Shown: positions 49,251-62,908 of the stretch, in pieces
How the letters are laid out: each line of letters starts with the position of its first letter
Position numbering within the stretch: the first letter of the stretch is position 1
From: Selaginella moellendorffii
Lineage: Eukaryota; Plantae; Lycopodiophyta
Direction: 5' to 3'
DNA length: 64,000 nucleotides
NCBI RefSeq assembly: GCF_000143415.4
Contig: NW_003314261.1
Location: 6,174,822 to 6,238,821 of the forward strand
Program-made: the position numbers and the translations under genes
The notes under the pieces: model-generated
What the model saw: the letters and a program-made list of their open reading frames with translations, nothing else
Told to the model about the DNA's origin: nothing
Database searches by the model: none

Positions 49251-52200
49251 CCGGTCTTGGTCCCGGTCTCGGTCTCGACCTCGGACTCCATCTCGGGCTC
49301 TTCTCGGACTCCATCTCGGACTCCGTCTCAGTCCATCTCGGACTCCGTCTCGGGTCCATCTCGGACTTTGTCTCGGTCCATCTCAGACTCCATCTCGGGT
49401 CCATCTCGGACTCCGTCTTGGTCCATCTCGGACTCCATCTCGGGTCCATCTCGGGTCCATCTCGGGTCCATCTCGGGTCCATCTCGGACTCCATCTCAGA
49501 CTCCATCTTGGACTCCATCTCGGACTCCATCTCAGACTCCATCTCGGGTCCTTCTTGGACTCCATCTTGGACTCCGTCTCAGTCCATCTCGGACTCCATC
49601 TCGAGTCCATCTCGGACTCCATCTCGGTCCATCTCGGACTCCATCTCGGGTCCATCTCGGACTCCATCTCGGACTCCATCTTGGACTCCATCTCAGACTC
49701 CATCTCGGACTCCATCTCGGACTCCGTCTCGGTCTATCTCAGACTCCGTCTCGGGTCCATCTCGGACTCCGTCTCGGTCCACCTCGGACTCCATCTCGGA
49801 CTCCATCTCGGACTCCATCTCGGGTCCATCTCGGACTCCATCTCGGGTCCATCTTGGACTCCATCTCGGACTCCATCTCGGACTCCATCTCAGACTCCAT
49901 CTCGGACTCCATCTCGGACTCCGTCTCGGTCCATCTCAGACTCCGTCTCGGGCCCATCTTGGACTCCATCTCGGTCCACCTCGGACTCCATCTCGGACTC
50001 CACCTTGGACTCCAACTCGGGTCCATCTCGGACTCCATCTCGGGTCCACCTCGGACTCCACCTCGGACTCCAACTCGGGTCCATCTCGGACACTTCCACA
50101 TGTCATGTGTTAGTCCTTTTTGGGTCCCTTTTTAGAGCCTCGCTTATTGCTCGCTTCGTGCTCATTCCTCGAGCACTTTGTTGGGAGTTCTACTCCCGCT
50201 CTCGACCTATCAAGTCGGAGCTTTTAGTCCAAACGTGTTACGCTCGTTTGGCTTTCGCTTTGGCCACTACCACATGGCACCCTTCTAGCTCCACTTTGGG
50301 GCCTAGGGATTTTGTGTCTCACAACTCCACCACCCATAGACGAAGTTCGATGTCCCCATAGACGAAGTTCGATGTCCTCATCGAACGATAAACTATTTTA
50401 TAAAGTAACACCACTACATATTACCCTTTCCATTCTTGGCACTTCGCCGATATTCATCAATGGTTTGATACCAAAGGCTCACCATGCCTTGCCCATCCTC
50501 TAAGGAGGATAGTCTCTCCAACTTAGAGACTGATTGGACCACTTGTGGTGGTTCTTTCCATTTATTGGTTTAGTTCTTGCTAAACTTGTTAGAGACACCG
50601 TCCCTATCTCAATCCCACTACTCCATCTTGAGTAGTTTCAGTTTTCATTAATATAACCTTTGCACTTTGGAACGTTTACTTTTGACTTCTTGAAGTCAAT
50701 TTTCCTAGGTGTCTCCGACACCTTGCATTGCACATATTGTGCAAGTCCACTTCCCTATCCTAGGAAGTTCTCTACTTGAGGGCACCATCATCCTCTTTTC
50801 TATTTTGTGCCACCTTTGGCACTACATTCCAATTATCATCATTTGTGCCAGGGCTGTCCACGGCCTTATCCTTTGGCTACTTTGCCGCTCCTCACTTGGA
50901 GCTCAATTAGAGCTAAATTAGAACACTTGGGAATCTATCCTTGGAAGTCCACTTCCTTTCCCGCAATCCGTTAGCATCAAACACATTAGTGTTCCTTGGC
51001 TAACTTTGCCACTTGGATTCTTTCCAATGGATTCCACGGCCCTATCTTGGGCACTCGTCTTTTGCTCCTATCCTTGAATTGTTGCACCAAGCAACATAGG
51101 ATTATTACCTCCCTCCTTGAGGTATTCTTTTGGTTCCATAGCAAAGGATCTGCTTTGCCTAGACTAGGGTGTTCACTCCTAGTAAGTCTCCCCAACTGTT
51201 CTAGGCTCTCTTCATAGCCCAACCTTGTGACCCACCCATGGGCCTGTCTCTAGAGACTATTTTCTTGAACTCATAATACCATTGTATTGTAGTAGTTCAT
51301 TTCCCTTAGGTGTCCTTCCCACTTAGTCACCTTGACCAAGCCACACCTTTATCAATAGTTCAAATCAACACTTTGAACTAAGAATCATATTCCTTAACCC
51401 AAACAAAGACTTTATCCTTGTTTAGCTATAAGATCACCTAGTGATCTCATCTTGACCCCTTAATAGGTCTACCAATAGGAATTAAGTCTTCCAGACCTTA
51501 CTAAGTTGTTGACTATGACCCCGGGAGCATCCCCCACACTTGGCAGTGCGCCCAAGCTAGCCCTTCCGGCCAAGGATCCATAGCAACTAAGACTGGGTGT
51601 CCCCATCTCATTCACCACGTCCTTGGTGTCTTTTGCACCAAAGTGTTCAAGTTCGATATGCCGAGCTTTCACTCTAAGCAATCTAACCATGCATCACGAC
51701 TCCGGGGCATCCCCCGCTTGGCGGTGTGCCCAAGCCAATCTCCTCATTGAGAGTCCATAACCACCGAAATATGAGTGTCCTCATATTCCAAACCATCACC
51801 ACGCCCTAGTGATTTGGGACTCGAACCCAAGCACTAGAGGGTCGGGACTCGAACCCAACCTCCATATATGCATCTACGGACGGCATCCCCCAGGATGCCT
51901 AGCGTGACTCTTCACGCCAGTGCACCAACTTTTACTCAAAGCGCGCTATAGATCACAGCTTAGGAACCTAGTTCTTCCACACTGCCAAGTCCTCTCACTT
52001 GACAAATCTATGATCATGCATGGACTCCTCCATGCTTGGCCCCATGGCCCACCCCTTTTGAAGTTATCACCTTCAACTAGATATTTGTTCCCCTGACTTG
52101 CCAATCTCACTTGGCAAGTCTTCCGACCACTGTAACATGGTTCTTGCACAAGCGTGAAAGCCCTTGATCATTGACTTTCGTTCAAAGCTTTTTCTTTGAA

Positions 52201-55200
52201 CACTCGGGAACTATTTCTCTAACCTTGATAGCCTTGCCTCATGGCAAGCTTCAAGACCACGCTTCTGCTGTGCCACTTTGATTTCACGTTTTCCTTGAAC
52301 CATTTACGCTTGGCCTTTCTAGTTACTAAGCTACCTAGAATCGTCTTTGGGAACCTTGAAGGAACTCTGTCCCTTAGCTTGCTAAGGCTTCCCTTTTCGC
52401 AAGCTTTCTAGTTGCCATATAGTCTAATATGGACTATTCCATATTTTAGACTCTCCATGGCATCACGGTTGCTAGCAACAACACCTTCGAGCCCCCACTT
52501 GATTCTCCACTCCCAACTGGGATAACTACCCTTGGTTATGCCCTTCGATTCCTATGGTTTGGTTCTATCCCCTTACTACTTGCTTTTGGCTTCACACCTT
52601 TCCTTCGGTCATTCTCCTCCCGACTAAGAGGATAGCTTTGCACTTTCTATCATGCCTTAGCAAGTATTCTTAGGGATGAATCTACCCGATAGCCTAGGGA
52701 GTGGTTCCTCAATCTAGGTATGCTCACCCTATAATCCCACACACCGGGATTACGTTGTTGCTTATGGGCCTTTACATGCCCATCACTAGCCTTGCCAAAA
52801 TTCCATTTTTGGCTTTGTCCAATTTGAGTAGACAGTCTTCTCCTGTCTCCACCACCTTGGACATTTGGATAGCACCTTCTATCCATCATTCGCTAGAGAC
52901 TTAGTCCCTTGGGCCTTATTTATTGCCCTCACGACATCAAACACCACCTCCTGGTGTTCTAGAGTGTTTGGGTGTCCCAATGACGGCTTCCTTGACAATG
53001 AGTATTTCCTTTTATGACATTGACTTACTATATCACAACATAAACAACTTATCCCCCGTAAGGGTATATCCAACTTCCCTATGCCATTAAGAAGGCTTGG
53101 GTAGCTACCTTCTACCCGTTTAACCAATTATTTTGCACCTCTTGCTTAGTTGCCTCATAGTTGTCAAGTCCTACAACTCATTGCTGGTGCTTCCACACCT
53201 CCATCATTATCTGGGTCACCACACTCTAACTGCATGCTCTGCAGCTTAGGCTATGCCATTCCCATTTCCATTGGGATTCCTTTGGCAAGGGGTTCTCATG
53301 AACCCACCAACATAGCCTCAAGGTATCATACTTTGGCACATTTGGTGTCTCCATACCATCGGCTCCACGAGCCTACTTCTATGACACTTCTTCTTTGTGT
53401 CTAAGTCTTTGCCAAGACCAATACCGCTCTTTCTCATGCCAACCATCCGTTAGCACTGCACCATAGAGGTCACACACAACTTTGTATCAAAGTTGTTTTC
53501 TTTTGGGAACACCTTTCCCACGACTTTAGTATGGCACATTTTACTATCGATGAGATACCCTCTATTCTCATCCTTGGATCCTATGGTCCCCCCCATCCTT
53601 CATGGGGTACAACACACCTCAGTCCAAATGCTTCTATTAGTCCTTTAAGACCATTCCTTGATTCTACTCGAGTCATCCAGCAGTTTTGGACTTGGTTAAT
53701 CCACAGACCTGTAAGGTCCTATTTGTGAGGCACTAGCTCACTGGAATACACTTCTTGCATTCATGTCCTACTCACAAAGACTATTTTCACAAGTGTTACT
53801 TTGACACTTGATTTTGTTCTCTGGGGGCAACCTTTGCCCCTTAGGACTACTTGTCCATATGATGAGAATACCAACTCACCCTCTAAGTACACCCCCAACT
53901 CCTTGGGTTGTTCCAGCATTTATTAGAGGTAGCTCCATCTACCATTTCAAGGACATGTGTCCTTTTCCGTATTTGACCTCCCACAGTCATTACTTCTGGT
54001 CTCAAATTCATGAGCACCAACCTCAACTATATGAGGATAATCTTGTGACTCCTTCATTGTTTTGGAGTCTTTATCTTTCCCGTGATCCCAACTATAGTTG
54101 TTTACCACAACTACATTAGCCAATTTGCAAAGTCAAACGCTTATCTGGATCACATCCTCAACTCTCTGAGGAAACCCTTATACTGTTCCCAAGATCCCAA
54201 AGTCGTTCCCTTACTAGCCCCTTTTCTATCCACCACATCGCGCCCACGTTCACGCATGAACTTGAGTGGAGAGCCATGTCCTCTCGACATGCTACTCCTC
54301 AAGGATAGGCCCACTCCTAGGACCTTCCGATGCCAACATCAATGGTGATATACTTAAGCACCAATAAAAGTCGAACTAAGGAACAGCTCCGATACCAAGT
54401 TGTAAGCGACTAATTTTTCCATTCTACTTTAGTCACTTAACCACACATTCGACCACTTGGAGGAGTCTCACTCACAACCTCCTTAAGTCCAATTCAGGAC
54501 TTGGGACTTGCTAGCCCCGAGAATGGCATCCATGCCACTCATCCCTTGCACTTAGTCTAAGTGCTCCATGTGTCCGGTCCCAAGACCGACACCCCAAGGT
54601 ACCACTGACATACTAGTCCGTTATGCTAAGGCCATGCCCCTTTACCTTGGTCATACCAGTGGTCTAGCACCACCTGCATCACAATCCCGTCTCTCAAGGA
54701 CTGGACCATCCGTCCATGAGTGATCATTCCAGATCCACTCCTTAGCATCTTTAGGATGCCCACAGACGTGGGGAATAGCCTTCCCTAATATCCCTTTTTT
54801 GGTCCCCACCAAGTCTCTTTCTGCCCATGGCCGTGTTCACCAACACTACCACTGGATCGAGGCCCACAGGCCCGACCACTAAGTCCTACAGTCCTCTGGG
54901 ACTTCCTCACCACCCGACTGTATCCTTGGTCTCTACACCAGAGGACTACTCCTCTTCCTTTCCACAGTCTGGGCCTTTGGGACGACATTTCAGAACACCG
55001 TGGGCCTACGTGAGCCCCATGGGTACTCTCCCCACCTTTCGCCTTTAAGTGCTCTAGCCATGGGCTTAGAGTGAGGTTCCGTTGAGCCACGCCTGGTATC
55101 CAAGTAGGTAGTGCCACCCACACTTGGACTAGGAGCATCGGCCAGTCGATTTCCCGGGGGAACTAGAGCTGGCTCTTGAACACTTCACCAAGCTACCCCG

Positions 55201-55547
55201 CTTGTTGGTCCGTATTCACTCTAGTCTTGGACTTCCCAGTAGTCAGTTCATCACCCAACACTGGGTCTAGCCTTCCTAGGCCAAACTGGCTTTTCCTGGC
55301 TAAACTGGCTCCACTGCAGTCCTCCCCCTTACTATACTTTTGGAGCTCACTAAACCCCCCAGGGTCTGGGAGACAAACGCTTTGGGCTTTCACCCTCTCA
55401 GACTCGAACTCGGACTCGGACTCGAACTCGGACTCGGACTCGGACTCGGACTCGGACTTGGACTCGGACTCGGACTCGGACTCGGACTCAGACTTGGGCT
55501 CGAGCTCGGGCTCGGGCTCGGGCTCGGGCTCGGTCTTGGTCCTGGTT

Positions 55548-55583
<36 letters not shown>

Positions 55584-56531
55584 CCGGTCTTGGTCCCGGT
55601 CTCGGTCTTGACCTCAGACTCCATCTCGGGTCCTTCTTGGACTCCATCTTGGACTCCGTCTCAGTCCATCTCAGACTCCATCTCGGGTCCATCTCGGACT
55701 CCATCTCGGTCCATCTCGGACTCCATCTCGGGTCCATCTCGGACTCCATCTCGGTCCATCTCGGACTCCATCTCGGGTCCATCTCGGACTCCATCTCGGA
55801 CTCCATCTCAGACTCCATCTCAGACTCCATCTTGGACTCCGTCTCGGTCCATCTCAGACTCCGTCTCGGGTCCATCTCGGACTCCGTCTCGGTCCACCTC
55901 AGACTCCATCTCGGACTCCATCTCGGACTCCATCTCGAACTCCATCTCGGGTCCATCTCGGACTCCATCTTGGACTCCATCTCGGACTCCATCTCAGACT
56001 CCATCTCGGACTCCATCTCGGACTCCATCTCGGGTCCATCTCGGACTCCATCTCGGTCCATCTCGGACTCCATCTCGGGTCCATCTCGGACTCCATCTCA
56101 GACTCCATCTCGGACTCCATCTCGGACTCCGTCTCGGTCCATCTCAGACTCCGTCTCGGGTCCATCTCGGACTCCGTCTCGGTCCACCTCGGACTCCATC
56201 TCGGACTCCACCTTGGACTCCAACTCGGGTCCATCTCGGACTCCATCTCGGGTCCACCTCGGACTCCACCTCGGACTCCAACTCGGGTCCATCTCGGACA
56301 CTTCCACATATCATGTGTTAGTCCTTTTTGGGTCCCTTTTTAGAGCCTCGCTTATTGCTCGCTTCGTGCTCATTCCTCGAGCACTTTGTTGGGAGTTCTA
56401 CTCCCGCTCTCGACTTATCAAGTTGGAGCTTTTAGTCCAAACGTGTTACGCTCGTTTGGCTTTCGCTTTGGCCACTACCACATGGCACCCTTCCGGCTCC
56501 ACTTTGGGGCCTAGGGATTTTGTGTCTCACA
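48143..56531 (-). mobile_element. Complete non-autonomous LTR element (LARD-like), 8.4 kb, with satellite-containing LTRs of about 2.1-2.2 kb
   Basis: LTRs 48143-50323 and 54401-56531 (TG...CA); TSD cgtca/cgcca; PBS TGGTATCGGAGC 54397-54386; PPT about 50324-50337. The 4.08-kb internal region has no recognisable RT, RNase H or integrase. Confidence 0.92.
49126..50092. repeat. LTR-internal satellite (ctcgga/ctcggt hexamers grading into ctcggactccat 12-mers and 10/11-bp variants)
   Basis: Directly visible. The second array at about 55396-56300 differs in unit number and order. Confidence 0.95.
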
Positions 56532-59518
56532 CGCCAGTCACCAAAAGAGATTAAGATTTTACATGTAAATGTCAAGGAGATGTTAAAAAAGGGTGTTATT
56601 CAAAAGGTGCAAGGTCCTTGGGCATGTGAACTTCATTTTGTGACAAAACTTGATGGGAGTATTAGTTTCTGTTTCAACTATCATTTGTTAAACAAAGTGA
56701 CAATCCTAGATGTGTACCCTCTTCCTCACATTGTTGATCTTTTAGAAAGTCGTTGGCTCACCAAGTTAGATCTTGCTTCTAGGTACCAGCAAGTGCCGAT
56801 GGTTGAGGAAAATATTCCTAAAACTATTTTTTATACACTGTTTGGTTTGTACAAGTTTTTGGTGATGTCATTTAGTCTGAAAAATCCTTCAACAACTTTC
56901 CAGTGGATGATGGACAAGGTTCTTTGCGATATGCTAGAAGTCACTGCTAACTTTATCGATGATGTCTTGATCCACTCAGAGGGAACATTGGAGGAACATA
57001 TTTGTGATGTTTATAAGGTGTTGGATTGATTACAAGAAGTTTATTTAAAGTTGAAGTGGTTGAAATGCGTATTTGGGTCTAAGGACACGAATTATCTGGT
57101 ACTATATTTCTCATGAGGGTTTGCAAGTTAATCTTGACAAATTTATGGTTATTTCAAAGTTCCTTACACTAAAGTGTATGAATGATGTGTAGTGCTTCCT
57201 AGGCAAGGTGCAATATCTTAGTTGTTTTGTTAATCATTTTTCTGATTGCACTACACATTGCGAGTGTTGTTCAAGTCGTCAACGTCATCTTTCATCTTGT
57301 CTGTGGACTTTGAGCCGGCATTTACAAATCTCAAAGAGCTATTGATAACTCCTATAATTTTAACATATCCTGACTACACTTGACCTTTCATTTTGCACAT
57401 GAATGCTTCTAAAATCGGTCTTGGAGGTGTGTTGATGCAAAAGAGCTCAAGTGTGCTTAGTTATCACCATCTCATTGCATATATCAACTATACATTACAG
57501 CTTGTGGAGTTGAACTACTTTATAACAAAGAAGGAGTGTTTAGTAGTAATTTGGGGTTTTGAGAAACTTTATGCATATCTATATAGTTTTCAAACATTAT
57601 TAAAATGTGATTATTCTACAATTACTTTATTATTAAAGTGGAAAAACTTGATTGGTCATATGGCTCAATAGGCTTTAAAGTTTCAAATTTTTTATTTTGA
57701 TGTTATCCATCGTTCAGGGAGTTTGATGGCTAATGCTGATGCTCTATCTCAAACTCATTTTCCTTTTTTGCTCTCTTCTTATGTTTTTTATGAGCTTATT
57801 CTTCCAGCATTTATGGATTTTTTGGACAAGGATTCCATGCTATTGGCAGTTATTGTATTTAATGTTCAATGTCCATAAGATGTAGAGCAAAATTTACCTT
57901 TTTTTGATGAGGTTTGTGAGGCTCAAAAGATTGAGCCATGGATTTGAAGACTTTGCGATAGGTTTGAGAATCTTACACCACTTGCTGATGATTTGCCATT
58001 TTAGCATTTACATTTTCAATATTGCTTTGAGAACAGCTTTCTTTATTTTGTGGGGATGGATCCTGATAATTACTTATGGTTAGTGGTGCCTTCAATTTTT
58101 ATTCCACACTTTCTCTATGCTTACAATAATTCTCCTATTCTAAATGGGCATATGGGATATTGTCATGGGACTGAGAAGTTGCGCAGGTCTTTCTATTGGC
58201 CAGAGATGCAGCATGATGTTATTTAATATGTGCATAATTGCACTTGATGCCAAGCTTGTAATACTCCCCTGTGCTACAAAAGGATGGTTAGAGTTAATTG
58301 TAATTTCCTATTTATTTGAGTTGGTGGTGTTTGATCTAATGAGGCCTCTTTTATGGTCGACTATTGGCAATAAATATGTTATTATTGCTTTTAACTATTT
58401 AAGTCTTTGGGTGGAAGTCAGAGCTTTTGCTAATGTGTCTACAATTGCTATTAGGTACTTCCTCCTCAATTGAGTGGTATTCTAACATTCTTATCTGAAG
58501 GGAATTCTTTTGAATAATAGTCCCACATTTATGGTTGAGGCTTTTCATGTTTTGACATCTCAGTTAGGGATACACTACACTTTCATGAGTGTATATCATC
58601 CACAGTCAAATGGTTTGGTGGAACGACTTATTTGGACTTTTAAAAGGATGATTGCAAAGTACATAAACTTTCAATATTTGAATTGTGATAGTTATTTAGC
58701 ATCTTTTCAGTATATATATGTCACAAGGGTGTAGAGTTTTATTGGTGTTTCACCATATAAACTCCTATATAGTCATAATTCAATACTACCAATGGAGTTA
58801 AGTTTACCTTCATGATTACCAGAAACTACTGATTCTAGGTCTTGGGATTAATATTTGATTAGCATTCTTCCACTTGCCCAAGTAGAGCCTGCCAAACACC
58901 TGAGCCTTGTACAAATGGGATAACAATGGCACTACAACTCCATCATTGTTCACTTACAGAATACAAAGTGGATGACTTAATGTTAATCTATTTTCCTAAT
59001 CTTACTATACGTGGTTTGTTTAAGAGGCTCTTTGCTTAGTGGAAGGGACCATATCAGATGTTGCAGCAAGTTTATGAGGTTTGGCATGACATCTAACAAA
59101 CTAATTCTCCAAAAATTGTGTATGTGCAATAACTGAAACACTTAATACAAAGGGATCAAGAATAGCTAGCACCACCTATAAATCCACTAATGCCTCCTAA
59201 TATTCTTCCAGATCCTAGCCCGTCCATTATAAAATTCTGATTGTCTTCCATCATTCCGAGAGGAGGGGATGATGTGAGGTCCAAGTGTATAGTTACAATG
59301 TTGAATATGAATATAGCATATGGTTACAATGCTGTATACTAATATTAGCATAATAAGATTTTAATAGCTGTTAAATTAATTTCAATCCGGACCAAGTACC
59401 ATTAGAAGACCGTTTTTAAATGGACACCGTTTTGGTACACCATTTAGGTCTCAGGAATTGATTTCAAAGTTCATGGCTACTCACCATAAAAAAATTTGTT
59501 GGATACATGCTGCTGTCA

Positions 59519-61430
59519 AGATACCACTCTTCAATTCCAGGCTAACCAAAAGATACAATCAGTAGCTCAACTCTAAAACCCCTCGTAAGAACAAAGCCTA
59601 GGCACAATGTACATGTGGGCAGCCTGTGGAACGTACCTTCGGTGGCTACAAGGTATGGCCCAATAACCCTGCTGGAGTCACAAGCTGCGAAGAGGCATTT
59701 GCATCTGCGGTTCCAAGAAGAAGCATGCTGACAGTGCAAGGAGTGTGGCGAGCTAGAGACAGTGCGACATGCCCTATGGGAATGCAACGTGGCGAGAGAA
59801 GTATGGAGACAGATCTTCAAGGCGACGCAGGAACTCGAAGACATTCCAGAGTTTGAGGCCTGGAGTGGGGATATCCTCCACTGGTTTGAGGGAGCTAGAG
59901 GGCCAGCCATTGGTCCAGCTTGGAGGCGTATTCGCTGCTATGGATGACATAGATGGAACATGTGAGTCCAGTGGGACGTGATAGGAGCCGAAGTTGGGAT
60001 GTCCATCTGGGAGGCATTGGGTCAGGAGCGCTGGTCCATTTGGAGGGCAACAGGAGTGCAAGCACTCTGGGAGGCTCAGAACCACTGTCACTTTGACAGG
60101 CAACAAGCAAAAATATCGGCAGTGGTGGCATCATGGTGGAGACTCGCTCTTGCAGCGGTGTGTCTTCACTACACCATCCTGAAAGAGCGGGCAAAACCGA
60201 GGCAGCTCGAGGAGTGGAGATCTAAGTGGCTCCCATGCTTTGGCAAATTGGGAGGTGGCAAGATTCGCTGGCAGTGGCGCCCCCCGGACTCTGTTCTAAG
60301 GTCAGTTCGTGGGGAGACTTGGACATCGACAAGATTCGCTCGAGACGACCACGTCCACCTCTACTCCAGGACTAGGTCCAGCTGCGACATATGAGGATCA
60401 CGTAGAGTAGCTCATTGAGAGGGTGGCATGCCCAGTTTTTGTATTAGTCCCATTGGGACATGGGGAATGTACATACACGTTCAGCGAAGAGGCATCTGCA
60501 AGACTGTATACATCTCTTGTGAATTCAGTACAACATCTCTGATGAGTATCGAAAGATATTCCAAGCTGGTTTTATAGTTCATCTTAGCCATTGCCAAGGC
60601 ACAGTTGTTATGTATGAAGATGTGGATGGCACCGATACACAACAAAGGCATCCTTTTTTGGCAGATGCCAGAAAAGGGTATCTTTTGGTGCTCCAGGTGG
60701 GGATTGATGGTGGCCACAATGTTGTGCGCAAAGTGTTCGATTGGGAGCTGGTTATATCTATTATGGAAGAACTTGACCTGGATATGCATGTGTAACCAGA
60801 CTCAGGCGATCATTCTTTTGCAAGCTGACCACGTTCTGATGCATTCTTCACTCATGGTGGACACTCAACATTTCTCAACGCTCTCTTCTTCTTGATGCAC
60901 CTCTTGTTCCTCAACCATGGGATCCATCAGATCAGACGAGTACAAGGAATAAAAAACATTTTGTAGAGCTGCAGATGCAGACAAGGTCATTGAATTTCAA
61001 GTTCAAAGACATCGAGGACTTTGTCATGCCCCAACTTCTGGAGCTGGACTTTTTGCATGACATAAGGCACCTCATCCATAGCGGAGGGAAGGTCTCAGTG
61101 TTTTGGGGGGATTTGGGGAGAAGGCTATTGTCAAAGCTTGCAACTCTTCCGACCAGCTAGAAAACGCTGTGCGTGAAGTGTGGATGATGGTAAAGCTCAA
61201 AGACCGTGAAAACTTGAGGCCTTATCTCTCGGCAGCAAAGACTCTCTTGAGTGTGATGCACAAGGCAAATGTGATTCATGGCCGAGTGGAGGAGTCCAAC
61301 ATTATTGTTTCCACAGAAGGTGGCAAAGTCATGTGGATAGACCTTGGAGCGGCGTGCTTGTTTGCGATGAGTTCTTGCAATTTGCTAAGCGGGATCAAAG
61401 GCACATGGAAAAGCTTTTCAGATTTTGAAA
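59519..61430 (+). pseudogene. Decayed duplicate of the ARD 5' region joined to the nuclease/kinase gene
   Basis: 59519-59627 matches 12005-12143; 59628-59703 and 60484-61130 match 13820-14688. Continues into kinase motifs VREVWMM, IHGRVEESNI, WIDLG. Confidence 0.82.
59704..60483 (+). mobile_element. 5'-truncated non-LTR retrotransposon (L1-like, zf-RVT 3' end)
   Basis: CKECGELETVRHALWECNVAREVW zinc-finger motif; 17-bp TSD gcgaagaggcatYtgca at 59687-59703 and 60484-60500. Confidence 0.85.
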
Positions 61431-61529
61431 GATTTCTACTAAGCAGCGTGGTTCTTTTAATGCGGATGATCTTTTGCATTTCGTTCGTGTCTCACTTTTT
61501 GTGGATCAAACTAACGTTCTAATATTGAT

Positions 61530-62869
61530 CTAAAAGCGTGACGAGCGTATTGAGCTCTCTTTCGTGTTCCTCTGTCCACGAGCAGAAAGACTGGTGGAGA
61601 TCGATCCAAAGAACTTGCGCTTTGCCTCCCTGCAACTGGAACACATGTTTGCAAGCCCGATATCGCCATGGCTCATGTCGAGGGAGTGAATGGATTTGAG
61701 AGATTGTATGGCGCTCTGCTTGATCTCGGGGCCTAGCCTCCCTCCATTCTGGCTCGCAAGAACCTCAAGGTTATCCCCCGCATCCGAAAAGGCCATGAAA
61801 AAGAGCGCCCCTGACAAGAAACCATACTCGAGGAGCTTCGGAACGCACACTCCTTCAACCGCAACGAGCCTGTCATACGCATCAATCTCTCTCACGAAAT
61901 CCAGCATCAGGTGTGGCCTCTGCGTCACATCCAAGACCTTGAGAACAACAGCCTCCTCGTCCAGTCTCGCCCTGTACACGCTCGACGATCCAAAACGGCC
62001 CAAGCAAGAGTGGAACTCGACGCTCTTGAGATCATAGACCCGATAGTACTCGAGCATGTCCACCTCGTGCAAATCCGCGGCCACGCACGCCCTCTTGACA
62101 ATGGAGTCGAAAACAAGTTTGGTGGCAGCTAGATCATGACTGGGTGACGAAACAATGCTCTTCGGATCGTCGAGTACCACTAGATGCGAGAGATACCACA
62201 GCGCTGCGTAGATCCCAGGTCGACACTCGCTAGCCTTGATGGGCTCCGTGACCAAGAGACGATCGCCATCGAGCTTGCAGAACCAAGAACTCTCAAAGTT
62301 GGTCAGGATTCCATACACACTGCCAAAGCCATAGTGCGCGTTGAGCCGGAGATACGCAAACATCTGCTGCAAGGCAAGCTTCGATACCAATCCACCCAAG
62401 TCACTGGTAGAATCATCCAGCTCCAGCCGTGTCTTGGCCAGGATGATAGCTTGCGGCCATTGACATGGAGGACGTGATCCGGCCATCCCAGCAAGTCCCG
62501 GACAGCATCTGACCAGGCAAACTCGAGAGCCTCGCTTGTCACTCCTCTCGTCACAAGTTCTCGGCCCATCTCGCTGATTGCCGTCCCCCAGTACATGTAG
62601 AGCAAGCAGCGAATTCCCATCTCTTCGAGCACGATATGCCCACCGCGGGGAGCTGCAGGTGGCGAGCTAAACGAGGAATCATCGCTGCGGTAGCGCTGCT
62701 TGTGTTCAACCACCTTTTTGACGAAATCTGGCCATGGGTGATAGCCACCAGGTGGGTGCTCGCCGATGGACGTGGGTCGCAGCGCCTTGCCTATAAGACA
62801 TGGATTGGGATGGGGGCAGAAGCTCACCTCCGGCAGTGGTTGCTCCAGGAGCTCCAAAAGCTTCATCAT
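61530..62869 (-). pseudogene. PD-(D/E)xK-like nuclease + kinase fusion (Crinkler-like), frameshifted
   Basis: N-terminal LLELLEQPLP..WPDF, GWPDHV..IILAK..QQMFAY..YGILTN, then kinase LGRFGSSSVY, VVLK, REIDAY, VPKL, HGDIGLAN, WIDL. Frameshifts near 62450 and 61630. Confidence 0.7.
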
Positions 62870-62908
62870 ATGGAAGGGTTTGTGTAAGGGCAGCTACAAG
62901 GAGTCAAG

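Larger units (their letters stand above)
46265..59395 (+). mobile_element. Old decayed Ty3/gypsy element interrupted in RT by the 48143-56531 insertion
   Basis: Related LTR starts at 46265 and 59273 (tgtgag..ttacaatg..tactaatattagcataat); PPT gagaggagggga about 59258-59269. The RT frame continues across the insertion (FVHR|QSPKEI..FIDD), followed by RNase H and integrase YHPQSNGLVER. Confidence 0.82.

Noticed and set aside
50324-54385. Coding capacity (gag/pol) in the interior of the 8.4-kb LTR element
   Set aside because: Only short ORFs (about 100 aa or less) and no recognisable RT, RNase H or integrase motifs. A decayed gag cannot be excluded but is unsupported.
48866-56554. Long ORFs of 340-415 aa (ISDS/TPSR/HLGL/MESE/WSPR repeats), also near 30035, 34934 and 43811
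   Set aside because: They are translations of the LTR satellite, whose 12-bp unit has no stop codon in any frame. There is no evidence of protein coding.
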